A stretch of DNA of 64,000 nucleotides. Source: an uncultured bacterium (GTDB lineage Bacteria; Edwardsbacteria; CAYGWX01). The stretch lies in contig CAYGWX010000001.1 of NCBI GenBank assembly GCA_964353855.1, positions 139,389 through 203,388 of the forward strand, given 5' to 3'. Positions 44,468 through 55,025 of this stretch are shown here, piece by piece. The notes beneath the pieces are model-generated. The model saw nothing but the letters and a program-made list of their open reading frames with translations. It had not been told where the DNA came from and did not search any database. Both the position numbers and the translations under genes were made by a program. Position 1 is the stretch's first letter; the number at the start of each line of letters is the position of its first letter.

Positions 44468-44522
44468 GGGCTCTGAAGGGGCTCCAAATGGGCTCTAAAA
44501 GGGCTCTAAATGGGCTCTGGGA
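44468..44522. repeat. 11-bp tandem array, 5 units, GGGCTCynnnn
   Basis: gggctctgaag gggctccaaat gggctctaaaa gggctctaaat gggctctggga, starting 1 bp after the stop codon. Confidence 0.85.
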
Positions 44523-44599
44523 TATCCTGCAAGACCCGTTCGGCAGGCCAGCAACAGGCGGGCGGTCCTCCTAAGGCGTTCCTCCCAACCTTCTGACCC

Positions 44600-45781
44600 A
44601 TGCCCGCAAAGCAAAAGCGCATCCTCGGTTTTCCCCGGAACGTCTTCGCCCTGGGCTGGACGAGCTTTTTGAACGACACGGCGAGCGAGATGATCTATCC
44701 GCTCCTGCCGGTGTTCCTGACCACGACCCTGGGCGCAGGGGCGGCCTTCCTTGGCCTCATCGAGGGGATCGCCGAGAGTACGGCAAGCCTGTTAAAGCTT
44801 TTCTCCGGCTGGTTCTCGGACCGGATCGGGAAGCGCAAGGGGCTCGTCCTCTTCGGATACGGCCTGGCCGCTTTCGCCCGGCCCCTGATCGCCGTCTCCC
44901 ACGCGGCCTGGCAGGTCCTCCTGATTCGGGCTGGCGACCGGGCGGGGAAGGGGGTGCGCGGCTCCCCTCGGGACGCCCTCGTGGCGGCCTCCAGTGAGGA
45001 GAACGAACGGGGCAAAGCCTTCGGCTTCCAACGGTCTATGGACCATGCCGGCGCCATCGTGGGCCCGCTCCTGGCCTCTGGGCTCCTCTTCCTCGTCCCC
45101 GGGAATTATCGCCTGATCTTTGCCCTCGCCTCAATCCCTGGGTTGTTGACCCTGCCCTTGATTGCGTGGGGTGTCAGAGAGATCAAGTCCCCCGCGTCTT
45201 CCACTGCCCAAGGGGTCAGGCTCACTCTTACGCCGTTCTCCGGGAAATTCAAGGCGTATCTTGCGATTCTGGTGCTTTTCACCCTGGGGAACTCCTCGGA
45301 TGCCTTCCTCCTGCTCCGGGCCAAGACCCTCGGGGTCGGCATAGCGCTCCTGCCCATCCTCTGGATCGTCCTGCATATCGTGAAGATGACGACCTCCATC
45401 CCCGGTGGGATGCTGTCAGATAAAATCGGGAGGAGGGGAGTCATCGTGGCGGGCTGGCTAATCTATGCCTTGACCTATTTGGGGTTCGGGCTAGCTGGAC
45501 AGGCCTGGCAGGCCTGGGCCTTGTTCGCCTTCTACGGACTCTTCTTCGGGCTCACCGAAGGGGTGGAGAAGGCCTTCGTGGCCGACCTGGTCCCGGAGAC
45601 CCTCCGGGGCACGGCCTACGGGCTCTACAACTTCGCCATCGGCATCGCCGCCTTGCCGGCCAGCCTGCTCCTGGGGCTCATCTGGCAGACCACCCAAAGC
45701 GCCCTCCTGGCCTTCGGCCTGGGTGGGGCCCTGGCCTTCCTCGCTTCGTTGCTGCTTTGGTTGTTCGTGAGAGAAAGGTAG
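44600..45781 (+). CDS. MFS transporter
   Basis: GWFSDRIGKRK and GMLSDKIGRR motif A; 12 TM. Confidence 0.92.
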   Translation: MPAKQKRILGFPRNVFALGWTSFLNDTASEMIYPLLPVFLTTTLGAGAAFLGLIEGIAESTASLLKLFSGWFSDRIGKRKGLVLFGYGLAAFARPLIAVSHAAWQVLLIRAGDRAGKGVRGSPRDALVAASSEENERGKAFGFQRSMDHAGAIVGPLLASGLLFLVPGNYRLIFALASIPGLLTLPLIAWGVREIKSPASSTAQGVRLTLTPFSGKFKAYLAILVLFTLGNSSDAFLLLRAKTLGVGIALLPILWIVLHIVKMTTSIPGGMLSDKIGRRGVIVAGWLIYALTYLGFGLAGQAWQAWALFAFYGLFFGLTEGVEKAFVADLVPETLRGTAYGLYNFAIGIAALPASLLLGLIWQTTQSALLAFGLGGALAFLASLLLWLFVRER

Positions 45782-45811
45782 GAGTTTAAGGCGGTACGCC
45801 CTTACAATTCG

Positions 45812-45836
45812 AAGGCTCCCCTTGCGGGGAGCCCTT
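45812..45836. terminator. Hairpin terminator between convergent genes
   Basis: ggctcccc-ttgc-ggggagcc. Confidence 0.65.
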
Positions 45837-45855
45837 CTCAATTTGGGAGGAAAAC

Positions 45856-46647
45856 CTACGGCTTCAAAGGTTTTCCCCAGACGACCTTGCCGAGAAACCG
45901 CATTTCGAATGCGTCTTCACGGCAGTATCGTCGCACCAGTTCCCTCACCTCCCGGTCAAAGGCCGAAGCCCTCTCCGAACCCATTCGGTCCCGGGAGTAG
46001 AGCGAGGTGGAATGGAAGGATTCGATGTAGTCCTCGAGGGTCTGTCGGAAGAACGTCGGAGCAGCCGCCTTCTCTCCGACCTTTTGAAACAGGCCCCGGG
46101 ATTCCAGCTCCTCGACCAGGTCCACCGGCCGGTACTCGGGGTTCGTGGAATATTTCGGAGTGAGCTTTTTCACCTCCTCGAGCCAGGGAGGAGGAGGTTC
46201 CGGCTGATAATGAATAATCGAGAGATACCCGTTAGGCGTGAGCATATCGTGGAACCGGGGCAGAACTCGTTCCCAGTCCATCCAGTGCAGGCTGGATGCC
46301 GCGGTGACCAAGGCATAGGGTGGATGAAGCGGGACCTCCTCCGCGTTGCCGCAGATCCAATGCAGGGCGGGATGGTCGCCCCCGGGAAGGCTTCGGCCCT
46401 TGGCGATCATCGGCTCCGAGCAATCCACGGCATCGATGCGCTCCACCCGTCCGATCAATCCACGTGCGACTTGGCCCGTCCCGCACCCCGCATCCAGCAC
46501 GACCCTTGGCTCCTCGGTTATCAGGGATACGAGAATGTCAAAGACATCTGAAGAATAGGGCGGCCGGAGATGATAGACGTCTACGAGGCTTTGGTCCTGG
46601 AAGGCGGACGCGTAATCCGGTCCGAGGTGCCTGGGTTTGGAAATCAA
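45856..46647 (-). CDS. Class I SAM-dependent methyltransferase
   Basis: VLDAGCGTG, AVD.S..M, SLHWMD. Confidence 0.88.
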   Translation of the reverse strand: MISKPRHLGPDYASAFQDQSLVDVYHLRPPYSSDVFDILVSLITEEPRVVLDAGCGTGQVARGLIGRVERIDAVDCSEPMIAKGRSLPGGDHPALHWICGNAEEVPLHPPYALVTAASSLHWMDWERVLPRFHDMLTPNGYLSIIHYQPEPPPPWLEEVKKLTPKYSTNPEYRPVDLVEELESRGLFQKVGEKAAAPTFFRQTLEDYIESFHSTSLYSRDRMGSERASAFDREVRELVRRYCREDAFEMRFLGKVVWGKPLKP

Positions 46648-46663
46648 ACTGTGCTCTCGGACC

Positions 46664-47146
46664 TCAGGCCCTTCTTGATTTTAAAATCAGGCGGTCTATA
46701 GCGAGGAATCGGGAAGGGAAGAAGAGAATGAGCAGGGCCGGGATGAGAAGCAGGATATCCCGGTAGATGAGGTCCATTCCGACCTTGACGCTGTGAGCCG
46801 TGGAGAAACACCCGCAGTTGATGTCGATATGGCGCAGCAAGGCCGAGGGAATGGCGACCAGGAAGATGACCAACATTCCCACGTTCAACAAAGCCGAGGC
46901 CTCGGTGAAAAGGCCGATGACCAGAAACAGTCCGACCAGGAACTCTACCCAGGGCAGGATCAGGGCGAACAAAGGCTCCAAGGCCGGCGGCAGGATGCGG
47001 TAGTTGTGGGCGATGCGCATGAACTCCTGGGGATGCAAGATCTTGTCATAACTGGCCCAGAGGAACACCATCCCTGCGATCAGCCTGAAGACCAACCCGA
47101 CCCATGGATGGGTTAATACCCTGACGATGGCTAAATAGATCTTCAT
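46664..47146 (-). CDS. MauE/DoxX family membrane protein
   Basis: K...P..F...NY, LPWVE, I.CGCF. Confidence 0.88.
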   Translation of the reverse strand: MKIYLAIVRVLTHPWVGLVFRLIAGMVFLWASYDKILHPQEFMRIAHNYRILPPALEPLFALILPWVEFLVGLFLVIGLFTEASALLNVGMLVIFLVAIPSALLRHIDINCGCFSTAHSVKVGMDLIYRDILLLIPALLILFFPSRFLAIDRLILKSRRA

Positions 47147-47170
47147 AGGTATTATGCTAAAAGAGCCTTT

Positions 47171-47656
47171 TTACTTCTCCACCGGATGGTTCCCCTTGAT
47201 CCACTCCTCCCAGCCTCCGGGGAAGACCGCGAGCTTGCGGTAGCCCAGGCCATACAGCCTCAGGGCCAAAAGGTCGGAGAATTCGCAATCCCTACCCTCG
47301 CAGTAGATAATGTAGGCCGAGTCCTTGGAAAAGGGAATCAGAGGATAGACCTTGTCGAAGTCATCTAGCGGCAGGCTCTTTGCCCCCGGAATATGCCCCT
47401 CGCGAAAGAGCTCGCTCCGCCGGGCGTCCAAGAAGATGCCCTGGTGTTTCTCCCAAGCTTCCCGGGTCTGGAGCGAGTCCAGCCTGCGGACTCCCACGGT
47501 GTCGATCAGGAGGGGGTTCACCGGTTGGAACAAGGGAAGAGGCCTGGAAGAAAGGGCGTTCCTTCCCAGGCCCATGACACCGGCCAGGACGACCAGCGCC
47601 AAAGCCTGAATAATGATGCTCTTCCAGGGTCTGCGGGGTTGTATTTGTTTTGGCAT
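47171..47656 (-). CDS. Membrane-anchored rhodanese-like protein
   Basis: FLDARR...F.EGHIPGA, IYCEGRDC, GGWEEW. Confidence 0.88.
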   Translation of the reverse strand: MPKQIQPRRPWKSIIIQALALVVLAGVMGLGRNALSSRPLPLFQPVNPLLIDTVGVRRLDSLQTREAWEKHQGIFLDARRSELFREGHIPGAKSLPLDDFDKVYPLIPFSKDSAYIIYCEGRDCEFSDLLALRLYGLGYRKLAVFPGGWEEWIKGNHPVEK

Positions 47657-47906
47657 AAGTTCATTATAAGGGATGAAAGCCGAAAAGTCAAGGAGCGACG
47701 ACCCCGGTCTCTCTCTCCTCTTCCCGTTCGTTTCGCGTTCCGCTTTCCCTGAGCAGCATTAGAGAGGTCGGTTTTCTCGGTCCGTTTACCTCTCAGCCCG
47801 ATGGTTAACGGGTTGACTTTTCCTCATCATTACGGGTATAATATTTCCATCATTTTGGTTTTTAACCTCTCCGGTTTCACTTCTCACCTTCAAAGGAGTT
47901 TGTTCA

Positions 47907-50096
47907 ATGGAACAAGCCTTGGAAATGGCCCTGAACCTGACCGGCTTCGAGCGCCTGGCTCTCTGGGCTATCCTCGGGGCCGCGGTCCTGGGCCTCCTCT
48001 ACGCCGTCTTCCTCATCCGCTACATCCTTCGGGAGCCGGGCGGGGACGAGAAGATGAAGAAGATCGCCCGCGCCATTCAAACCGGGGCCTCGGCTTACTT
48101 GAACCGCCAGTTCCGGACCATCGCCGGGATGATCGTGGTCCTGACGGTGCTCCTCTATCTCACGGCGATGTCCTCGGGCTGGAAGATCGCCCTGGGCCGC
48201 TCCGTGGCCTTCCTCCTGGGTGCGGTTTTCTCCGGGCTCACCGGCTTCGTGGGCATGAGCATGGCCGTACGCGGGAACGTCCGCACCGCCGAGGCCACTA
48301 AGACCTCGCTCGCCAAGGCCCTGACCATCGCCTTCCGCACCGGGTCCATCACGGGCATGTTCTGCGTCGGCCTGGGGCTTTTGGGCGCGACCACCATCTT
48401 CATGATCTTCAAGGGCAGCGCAACCCAGGTCCTGATCGGGTTCGGGTTCGGCGGATCCCTCCTGGCCCTGTTCATGCGCGTGGGCGGGGGCATCTTCACC
48501 AAGGCCGCGGATGTGGGCGCGGACCTCGTGGGTAAGATCGAGAAGAACATTCCCGAAGATGATCCCCGCAATCCTGCAACCATCGCGGATAACGTCGGCG
48601 ACAATGTCGGCGACTGCGCCGGGATGGCCGCGGACATCTTCGAGTCTTACGAGGTCACTCTGGTGGCCTCGATGATCTTGGGCTACACGGCCTTCGGCAA
48701 GGTCGGCGTGATTTTTCCGCTCCTGGTGCGTGGCATCGGGGTGCTGACCTCGATCGTCGGGACCTGGTTCGTCAAGGCCCGGAGCGAGAACGAGTTCCCC
48801 ATGGCCCCGATTAACCGCGGGTTCTGGATTTCCACGGTGCTCTCGGCGATCGGGTTCTTCGGCTTCGCGATGTGGTACGTGCACGACATGCGGGTGTTCT
48901 GGACGACCCTCGCCGGACTGCTCCTGGGGGTCGTCATCTCCTCGCTCACCGAGTACTACACCTCTCTGCACCACCAGCCGGTCAAGGAGATCGCCCACGC
49001 TACGCAGACCGGCCCGGCGACCACGATTCTGGCTGGCATCGCGGTCGGTCTGGAGTCCAGCGTCTGGGCGGTCCTGACCATCTGCTTGGCCATCTTCGCC
49101 TCGGTGATGATCTCAGGCGGGGATACGAACTTCATCATGTACGGCATCGCCCTGTGCGGCATGGGCATGCTCACCTGCACCGGAGTCATCGTGTCCGAGG
49201 ACAGCTTCGGTCCGGTCTCGGACAACGCCAACGGGATCTGCGAGATGGCCGGGCTGGGCCCCGAGGCCCGCAAGCGCATCGCGGTCCTGGACGCGGTCGG
49301 AAACACGACCAAGGCCGTGACCAAGGGCTTCGCCATCGGCAGCGCGGTGATCGCGGCCCTGGCCCTCTTCGCCTCCTACTTCGAGACCGTGATCGCCTCG
49401 GCCAAGGCTTCGGGCCTTTCCGAGGTGATGACGAGCATCAACGTGGCCTCGCCGATGGTCTTCATCGGGCTTTTGATCGGTGGCGCGGTCCCGTTCCTGT
49501 TCAGCTCGCTAACCATTCGGGCCGTGGGCCGGGCGGCCTCCCTGATGGTCCAGGAGGTGCGGAGGCAGTTCCGGGAGATCAAGGGAATCATGGAGGGCAC
49601 AGCCGAGCCGGAGTACGGCAAGTGCATTGACATCGCCACCAAGGCGGCGTTGAAAGAGTTGGTCGGTCCCGGGCTTCTGGCCATCCTCGCCCCGGTGATC
49701 ATCGGATTCCTCCTCCAGGAGGAGGCTCTGGGCGGCTTCCTGGCGGGGATTATCCTCACCGCGCAATTGATGGCGGTGTTCCTGGCCAACGCCGGCGGGG
49801 CTTGGGACAACGCCAAGAAGTCCATCGAGGACGGGCTTTACGGCGGCAAGGGCTCGGACGCCCACAAGGCCGCGGTGGTCGGGGATACGGTCGGAGACCC
49901 CTTCAAGGACACCGCGGGCCCGTCTCTGAACCCGCTGATCAAGGTCATGAACCTGGTCTCGCTTCTCATCGTTCCGCTGATCTTCTCGCTCAAGCACAAC
50001 TGGGCAGTCAAAGGTCCGATCGCCGGGGCGGCGGTCCTGGTCGTGGTCCTCGCCCTCTGGTACTCCCGGCGGGAGGGGGAGAAGGGCGTGATGTAA
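47907..50096 (+). CDS. hppA: Membrane-bound pyrophosphatase, probably K+-independent H+-pumping type
   Basis: [32 protein letters not shown] (Lys at the K+-dependence site), [10 protein letters not shown]. Confidence 0.95.
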   Translation: MEQALEMALNLTGFERLALWAILGAAVLGLLYAVFLIRYILREPGGDEKMKKIARAIQTGASAYLNRQFRTIAGMIVVLTVLLYLTAMSSGWKIALGRSVAFLLGAVFSGLTGFVGMSMAVRGNVRTAEATKTSLAKALTIAFRTGSITGMFCVGLGLLGATTIFMIFKGSATQVLIGFGFGGSLLALFMRVGGGIFTKAADVGADLVGKIEKNIPEDDPRNPATIADNVGDNVGDCAGMAADIFESYEVTLVASMILGYTAFGKVGVIFPLLVRGIGVLTSIVGTWFVKARSENEFPMAPINRGFWISTVLSAIGFFGFAMWYVHDMRVFWTTLAGLLLGVVISSLTEYYTSLHHQPVKEIAHATQTGPATTILAGIAVGLESSVWAVLTICLAIFASVMISGGDTNFIMYGIALCGMGMLTCTGVIVSEDSFGPVSDNANGICEMAGLGPEARKRIAVLDAVGNTTKAVTKGFAIGSAVIAALALFASYFETVIASAKASGLSEVMTSINVASPMVFIGLLIGGAVPFLFSSLTIRAVGRAASLMVQEVRRQFREIKGIMEGTAEPEYGKCIDIATKAALKELVGPGLLAILAPVIIGFLLQEEALGGFLAGIILTAQLMAVFLANAGGAWDNAKKSIEDGLYGGKGSDAHKAAVVGDTVGDPFKDTAGPSLNPLIKVMNLVSLLIVPLIFSLKHNWAVKGPIAGAAVLVVVLALWYSRREGEKGVM

Positions 50097-50155
50097 GGCC
50101 CAGCCCTGCTCTCTGAAGGGGCATCAACCCGGGATGGTTTTTAACTAAGGACCTC

Positions 50156-52840
50156 ATGCCAAACATCCACAACCTCGATCGCATCTTCAAGGCCAAGCGG
50201 ATCGCCCTGATCGGCGCCTCCCCCAACCCCCAGAGTCTGGGCGGGAAGGTTCTGGCGAACCTCGTCGGCGGGGGATTCCGCGGGGTCGTCTATCCGGTGA
50301 ACCCCACGAAAGAGGCTGTTCTCGGAATCGTCTGCTACCCCGACATCAAGAGCACTCCCAAGACCCCGGACCTCGCCGTGATCTGCGTCTCGGCCAGCCA
50401 GGTTCCCGGGGTCGTGCGGCAATGTGGGGAGGCCGGAATCCTGGGCCTGATCATCATCTCGGCCGGATTCCGCGAGGCGGGTCCGGAGGGACGGGCCTTG
50501 GAGGAGCAGGTTCGGGAAGAACGTCAGCGCTTCAAGGGGATGCGCATCATCGGGCCCAACTGCCTGGGCGTGATCGTCCCCGGCCTGGGGCTCAACGCCA
50601 CTTTCGCCCTGGGCATGCCCAAAGCCGGGAACGTCGGCTTCATCTCCCAGTCCGGGGCCCTGTGCTCCTCGGTCCTGGACTGGGCTCTGGAGGAGAAGGT
50701 GGGGTTCTCCTACTTCGTCTCCGTGGGCAACACCCTGGACGTTGACTTCGCGGACTTGATCGACTACTTCGGCGAGGACGAGCAGACCCGCTCCATCATC
50801 CTGTACATCGAATCCATCTCCCGGGCCCGGGCTTTCATGACCGCTTCCCGGGCTTTCGCCCGCAACATGCCGATCGTAGCCTACAAGGCCGGCCGCTATC
50901 CGGAGTCCGCCCAGGCCGCCCATTCCCACACCGGAGCATTAGCCGGGGAGGATGCCGTCTGCCAGGCCGCGTTTCAGCGGGCTGGGATCGCCCTGGCCCA
51001 CGACATCGGAGAGATCTTCGACGTCGTGGACCTGGTCGGGCGGAGGAAGATCCCGCAAGGTCCGCGCCTGGGGGTCGTGACCAATGCCGGCGGGCCCGGG
51101 GTGATGGCCACGGACGCTCTGATCGAGGCGAACGGCGTTCTGGCCAAGCTCTCCGGGGAGTCCCTGCAGGAGTTGAATAAGGACCTCCCGCCCTTCTGGT
51201 CCCACGGGAATCCCGTGGACGTCCTGGGGGACGCCCGCGCCGAGCGTTTCGTCAAGGGAATGGAGATCGTGCTCAAGGACCCCGGGGTGGATGCCGTGCT
51301 GGCCATCGTCACGCCCCAGGCGATGACCGACCCCACCGAGATCGCCAAGGGGGTCGCCCAGCTGGCTGCGGGAAGTGCCAAGCCGATCCTCGCGGCCTGG
51401 CTGGGGGGAGTGAGCATGCGCGAGGGAATCCGCCTCCTGAACGAGGCCGGCGTGGCCACCTACGCCACCCCGGAGCAGGGCGTCCGGGCCTTCATGACCC
51501 TGGTGGACTATTCCCGGAACCTGGAAGCCCTGTACGAGACACCCAAGGAGATCCCTGTTCATTTCACCCTGGATCGGAAGAAGCTGCGCTCGGAGTTCGA
51601 GGCCCTGGCCTCCTCCCAGGGCATGGTGTTCTCCGAGGCGGCCTCCAAGGCTTTGCTCGAAGCTTATGGCATCCCGGTCGCCCGGGTCCGCGAGGCCCGG
51701 ACCGTGGAGGAGGCGGTGCGGGCGGCCGAGGAGATCGGCTTTCCGGTGGTCCTCAAGATCCTCTCCCCGGACATCACCCACAAGACCGAGGTGGATGGGG
51801 TGGCCCTGGGCCTGGAGGATTCCGCCGCGGTCCGGATGGCCTACGAGCGGATCACGCAAACCGCCCGGGCGAAAAGGCCCCAGGCGAAGATCGAAGGGGT
51901 CACGGTCCAGCCCATGGTACGGGATCGCAATGCCTTGGAGATGATCCTGGGGGCCAAGAAGGATTTCACCTTCGGGACCGTGATCATGGCCGGGCTGGGC
52001 GGGACCGCCGCCGAGATCTTCGGGGACCGGGCCCTGGGGCTTCCCCCTTTGAACGAGCGCCTGGCCCGGATGATGCTGGAGTCCCTCAAGACCTGGCCCC
52101 TGATCCAGGGTTACCGCGGGAAGCCCGGGGCCAACCTGGAGCGCCTGCTGGAGGTCCTGATCCGACTTTCTTACCTGGTTGCGGATTTCCCGGAGATTGC
52201 CGAGCTCGATATCAACCCCCTCCTGGTCACCCCGCGGGACGTGGTGGCCCTGGATGCCCGGGTGATCCTGGACCCGGGGGTGGTGGGCAAGCCGGCCAAG
52301 CCCTATTCCCACCTCGTCCTCCGGCCCTACCCCGAGGAGTACGTCCGTCCCGTGGAGTTGGAGGGGGTGCCCCTCACGCTCCGACCGATCAAGCCCGAGG
52401 ACGAACCCCTCTGGCTGCACCTCCTGGGGAGCTGCTCCCCGGATACTCTCTACGCCCGATTCCGGTCCTTCTTCCGCTGGAACGCCCACGAGGTGGCCAC
52501 GCGGTACTGCTTCAACGACTACGACCGGGAGATCGGAATCGTAGTGGAGCAGGAGGACAAGGGAGTTCGTCAGTTCCTCGGGGTGGGCCGTCTGATTGCC
52601 GACCCGGGCAGCGCGACTGCGGAGTACGCCGTGCTCATCCGGGACGACTGGCAGAACCGCGGCCTGGGGGGCCTCTTGACGGATTACTGCCTGGAGATCG
52701 CCCGGAAGTGGGGGCTCAAGCGTATCGTCGCTTCGACCAGCTCGGACAACCATCGCATGATCGCGGTGTTCAGCAAGCGGGCGTTCCAGGTCGTCCGGGA
52801 CCCGACGAGCGATACCGTTGACGTGGCCAAGGACCTTTAG
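50156..52840 (+). CDS. Bifunctional NDP-forming acyl-CoA synthetase-like / GNAT acetyltransferase (Pat family)
   Basis: IIGPNCLG, SQSGAL, SHTGALAG, NPVD, ITHKTEVDGV, C-terminal GNAT WQNRGLG. Confidence 0.92.
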   Translation: MPNIHNLDRIFKAKRIALIGASPNPQSLGGKVLANLVGGGFRGVVYPVNPTKEAVLGIVCYPDIKSTPKTPDLAVICVSASQVPGVVRQCGEAGILGLIIISAGFREAGPEGRALEEQVREERQRFKGMRIIGPNCLGVIVPGLGLNATFALGMPKAGNVGFISQSGALCSSVLDWALEEKVGFSYFVSVGNTLDVDFADLIDYFGEDEQTRSIILYIESISRARAFMTASRAFARNMPIVAYKAGRYPESAQAAHSHTGALAGEDAVCQAAFQRAGIALAHDIGEIFDVVDLVGRRKIPQGPRLGVVTNAGGPGVMATDALIEANGVLAKLSGESLQELNKDLPPFWSHGNPVDVLGDARAERFVKGMEIVLKDPGVDAVLAIVTPQAMTDPTEIAKGVAQLAAGSAKPILAAWLGGVSMREGIRLLNEAGVATYATPEQGVRAFMTLVDYSRNLEALYETPKEIPVHFTLDRKKLRSEFEALASSQGMVFSEAASKALLEAYGIPVARVREARTVEEAVRAAEEIGFPVVLKILSPDITHKTEVDGVALGLEDSAAVRMAYERITQTARAKRPQAKIEGVTVQPMVRDRNALEMILGAKKDFTFGTVIMAGLGGTAAEIFGDRALGLPPLNERLARMMLESLKTWPLIQGYRGKPGANLERLLEVLIRLSYLVADFPEIAELDINPLLVTPRDVVALDARVILDPGVVGKPAKPYSHLVLRPYPEEYVRPVELEGVPLTLRPIKPEDEPLWLHLLGSCSPDTLYARFRSFFRWNAHEVATRYCFNDYDREIGIVVEQEDKGVRQFLGVGRLIADPGSATAEYAVLIRDDWQNRGLGGLLTDYCLEIARKWGLKRIVASTSSDNHRMIAVFSKRAFQVVRDPTSDTVDVAKDL

Positions 52841-52878
52841 GCTGGGAAGAAGTAGGACGTAGCTCCCTTGTTTTTTTG

Positions 52879-52915
52879 AGGAGAGGCCCGGTCGCAAGCC
52901 CGGGCCTCTCCTTTT
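52879..52915 (+). terminator. Intrinsic terminator
   Basis: aggagaggcccgg...ccgggcctctcct plus T tract. Confidence 0.75.
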
Positions 52916-53116
52916 AGGCCCAAATCAGGTCTTTGGTTTTAAGTTTATGGTTATGTTTTTTCAACCATGGGGTATTGGTTGTTAAATGTCGTAAAAGTGG
53001 TTTCTTAGCTGTTCCGAAACCCGGCACTCGTGCCCCGACGCCCAATCTGTAAAAAGGCGCTTGACTTTCCCGGGGATTTGAATTAGACTTGTTAGGTAAC
53101 CTTCGGAGGGTTTCTC

Positions 53117-54910
53117 ATGAAGACGAAGACCGCTGCGTTAGCTGCCGGATTGCTTTTGGTCCTGATCGTTTCCGGGGGATGGGGGAGCACTGCTCCTCCG
53201 GTCCTCTTCGAGCCTAGGGGAGGCGTAATAATGGCTCCTAGGTTGGCCGATAAACTGGTCGGCTTGGAAACCAACCGCACCCTTCCGGTCATGGTCTATT
53301 TCACGGACAAGGGGATACGCACCCAGGAGGAGTTCAACCGGGCTGCCGCGAAGCGCAAGGCCCAGTTCACGGAGCACGCCTTGTGGCGGAGGGCCAAGGT
53401 GGGTCGTGCGGACATGGACTTCATGGACCTGCCGGTATCCCGGGAGCACATCCAGCGGATCGAGGCTTTGGGGGCCAGGCTCCGGGTGCGGCTGAACTGG
53501 TTCAACGCCGCCACCTTTGAGATGACCAGGAGGCAGGTCGAGCAGGTTTCGAATTTGCCCTTCGTGCGCCGGGTGGACCTCGTGGTTTCGTTCCGCGGGC
53601 CCCTTGAGCCGGAAGTGACCGAGCCCCCGAAGCTCCTTTCTCCTCGCTTCCCTGCCGAGATCCACGCCCTGAACTACGGCCCATCCTACTGGCAGGTCCG
53701 GCAGATCAACGTGCCCATCTGCCACGACTCGGGATACACCGGCCGCGGGGTCATCGTGGCAATGTTCGATGCCGGGTTCCGCAAGAACCACGTGGTCTTC
53801 GATTCCATTAGAAATTCTGGCCGGCTCATCGACCAGCATGACTTCTACACCAACCGGGACACCACGGACTGGCACAGCCACGGAACCGGGACCTGGTCCG
53901 AAGCCGGGGGCTTCCGCTCCGGAAGCCTGATCGGCCCGGGCTACGGCGCGACCTGGGCGATCTACCGCACCGAGGTGGATCCCATGTTCGAGCGGAATGT
54001 CGAAGAGGACTACTGGGCTGCGGCGCTCCAAAGGTCGGACACCCTCGGGGTGGAGGTCGTTTCCAGCTCTCTGGCCTACAAGACCTTCGACACCGGACAG
54101 CACAACTATGGTTACAGGGACATGAATGGGAACACCGCGATCTGTTCCCGAGCCGCGAAACACGCCGCGAATCTGGGCATCATCGTCTGCAACGCGATGG
54201 GGAACAGCGGTCCCAGCGACACGTCCATCTTGGCGCCGGCGGATGCGGATTCCATCCTCTCCATCGGAGCCGTGGACTCCGTAGGAACGATCGCCAGCTT
54301 CAGCTCCCGGGGCTTAACTTATGACCGCAGGAGGAAGCCCGAGGTCTGCGCTAAGGGCGTCTCGGACTATTGGGCCAGCTCCTCCTCGACCACGGCCTTC
54401 GGCCGGGCCTCCGGCACCTCCTGCTCCACCCCTTTGGTCGGGGGAAGCTGCGCTATCGTGCTCCAGGCCCACCCCACCTGGACCCCGATGCAAGTCCGCC
54501 GAGCCTTAATGATGACCGCCAGCCGGGCCGGGAACCCGGACAGCACCTACGGCTGGGGGATCATCAATGTCTGGAACGCGATCCACTACAACCAAAGCGC
54601 TGTCGAGGACGACCGCATCCAGGTTGAGAAGGAGCATGAGTTCGCTTTAGCCAGCCAACCTAATCCCACCGCCGGAGCGACGACGATTTCCTTCTCCATG
54701 GTCCGTGCCGGAGAGGTCTCCCTGGCGATCTACGACGCCTCAGGGCGGCGGGTCCGCACCCTCCTCTCGGGGCCCCGCAGGCCCGGAACCTACGCTGCGC
54801 GCTGGGACGGCAAGGACGAAAAGGGCATTGAGGTGCCGAGCGGGATTTACTTCTACAAGCTCTTCGCCCTGGATAGAAACGAAGTGGGGAAGGTCGTGGT
54901 CCTCCGGTAG
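53117..54910 (+). CDS. S8 (subtilisin) family serine peptidase with FlgD-Ig C-terminal domain
   Basis: FDAG, HGT, GTSCSTP catalytic triad; signal peptide; WDGKD...SGIYFY. Confidence 0.92.
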   Translation: MKTKTAALAAGLLLVLIVSGGWGSTAPPVLFEPRGGVIMAPRLADKLVGLETNRTLPVMVYFTDKGIRTQEEFNRAAAKRKAQFTEHALWRRAKVGRADMDFMDLPVSREHIQRIEALGARLRVRLNWFNAATFEMTRRQVEQVSNLPFVRRVDLVVSFRGPLEPEVTEPPKLLSPRFPAEIHALNYGPSYWQVRQINVPICHDSGYTGRGVIVAMFDAGFRKNHVVFDSIRNSGRLIDQHDFYTNRDTTDWHSHGTGTWSEAGGFRSGSLIGPGYGATWAIYRTEVDPMFERNVEEDYWAAALQRSDTLGVEVVSSSLAYKTFDTGQHNYGYRDMNGNTAICSRAAKHAANLGIIVCNAMGNSGPSDTSILAPADADSILSIGAVDSVGTIASFSSRGLTYDRRRKPEVCAKGVSDYWASSSSTTAFGRASGTSCSTPLVGGSCAIVLQAHPTWTPMQVRRALMMTASRAGNPDSTYGWGIINVWNAIHYNQSAVEDDRIQVEKEHEFALASQPNPTAGATTISFSMVRAGEVSLAIYDASGRRVRTLLSGPRRPGTYAARWDGKDEKGIEVPSGIYFYKLFALDRNEVGKVVVLR

Positions 54911-54930
54911 GGCGGCCTCTTCGGGATTGG

Positions 54931-54962
54931 AGGGCGGGACCTTTGTCGGGTCCCGCCTTTTT
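54931..54962 (+). terminator. Intrinsic terminator
   Basis: ggcgggacc...ggtcccgcc plus T tract. Confidence 0.7.
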
Positions 54963-54967
54963 CTCCC

Positions 54968-54996
54968 TTGACTTTTCCAGCTGATGGGCTTATAAT
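54968..54996 (+). promoter_or_regulatory. Sigma70-like promoter
   Basis: TTGACT-N17-TATAAT. Confidence 0.7.
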
Positions 54997-55025
54997 GAAA
55001 AGACAGGTTTGAAAGGAGAAGAACG

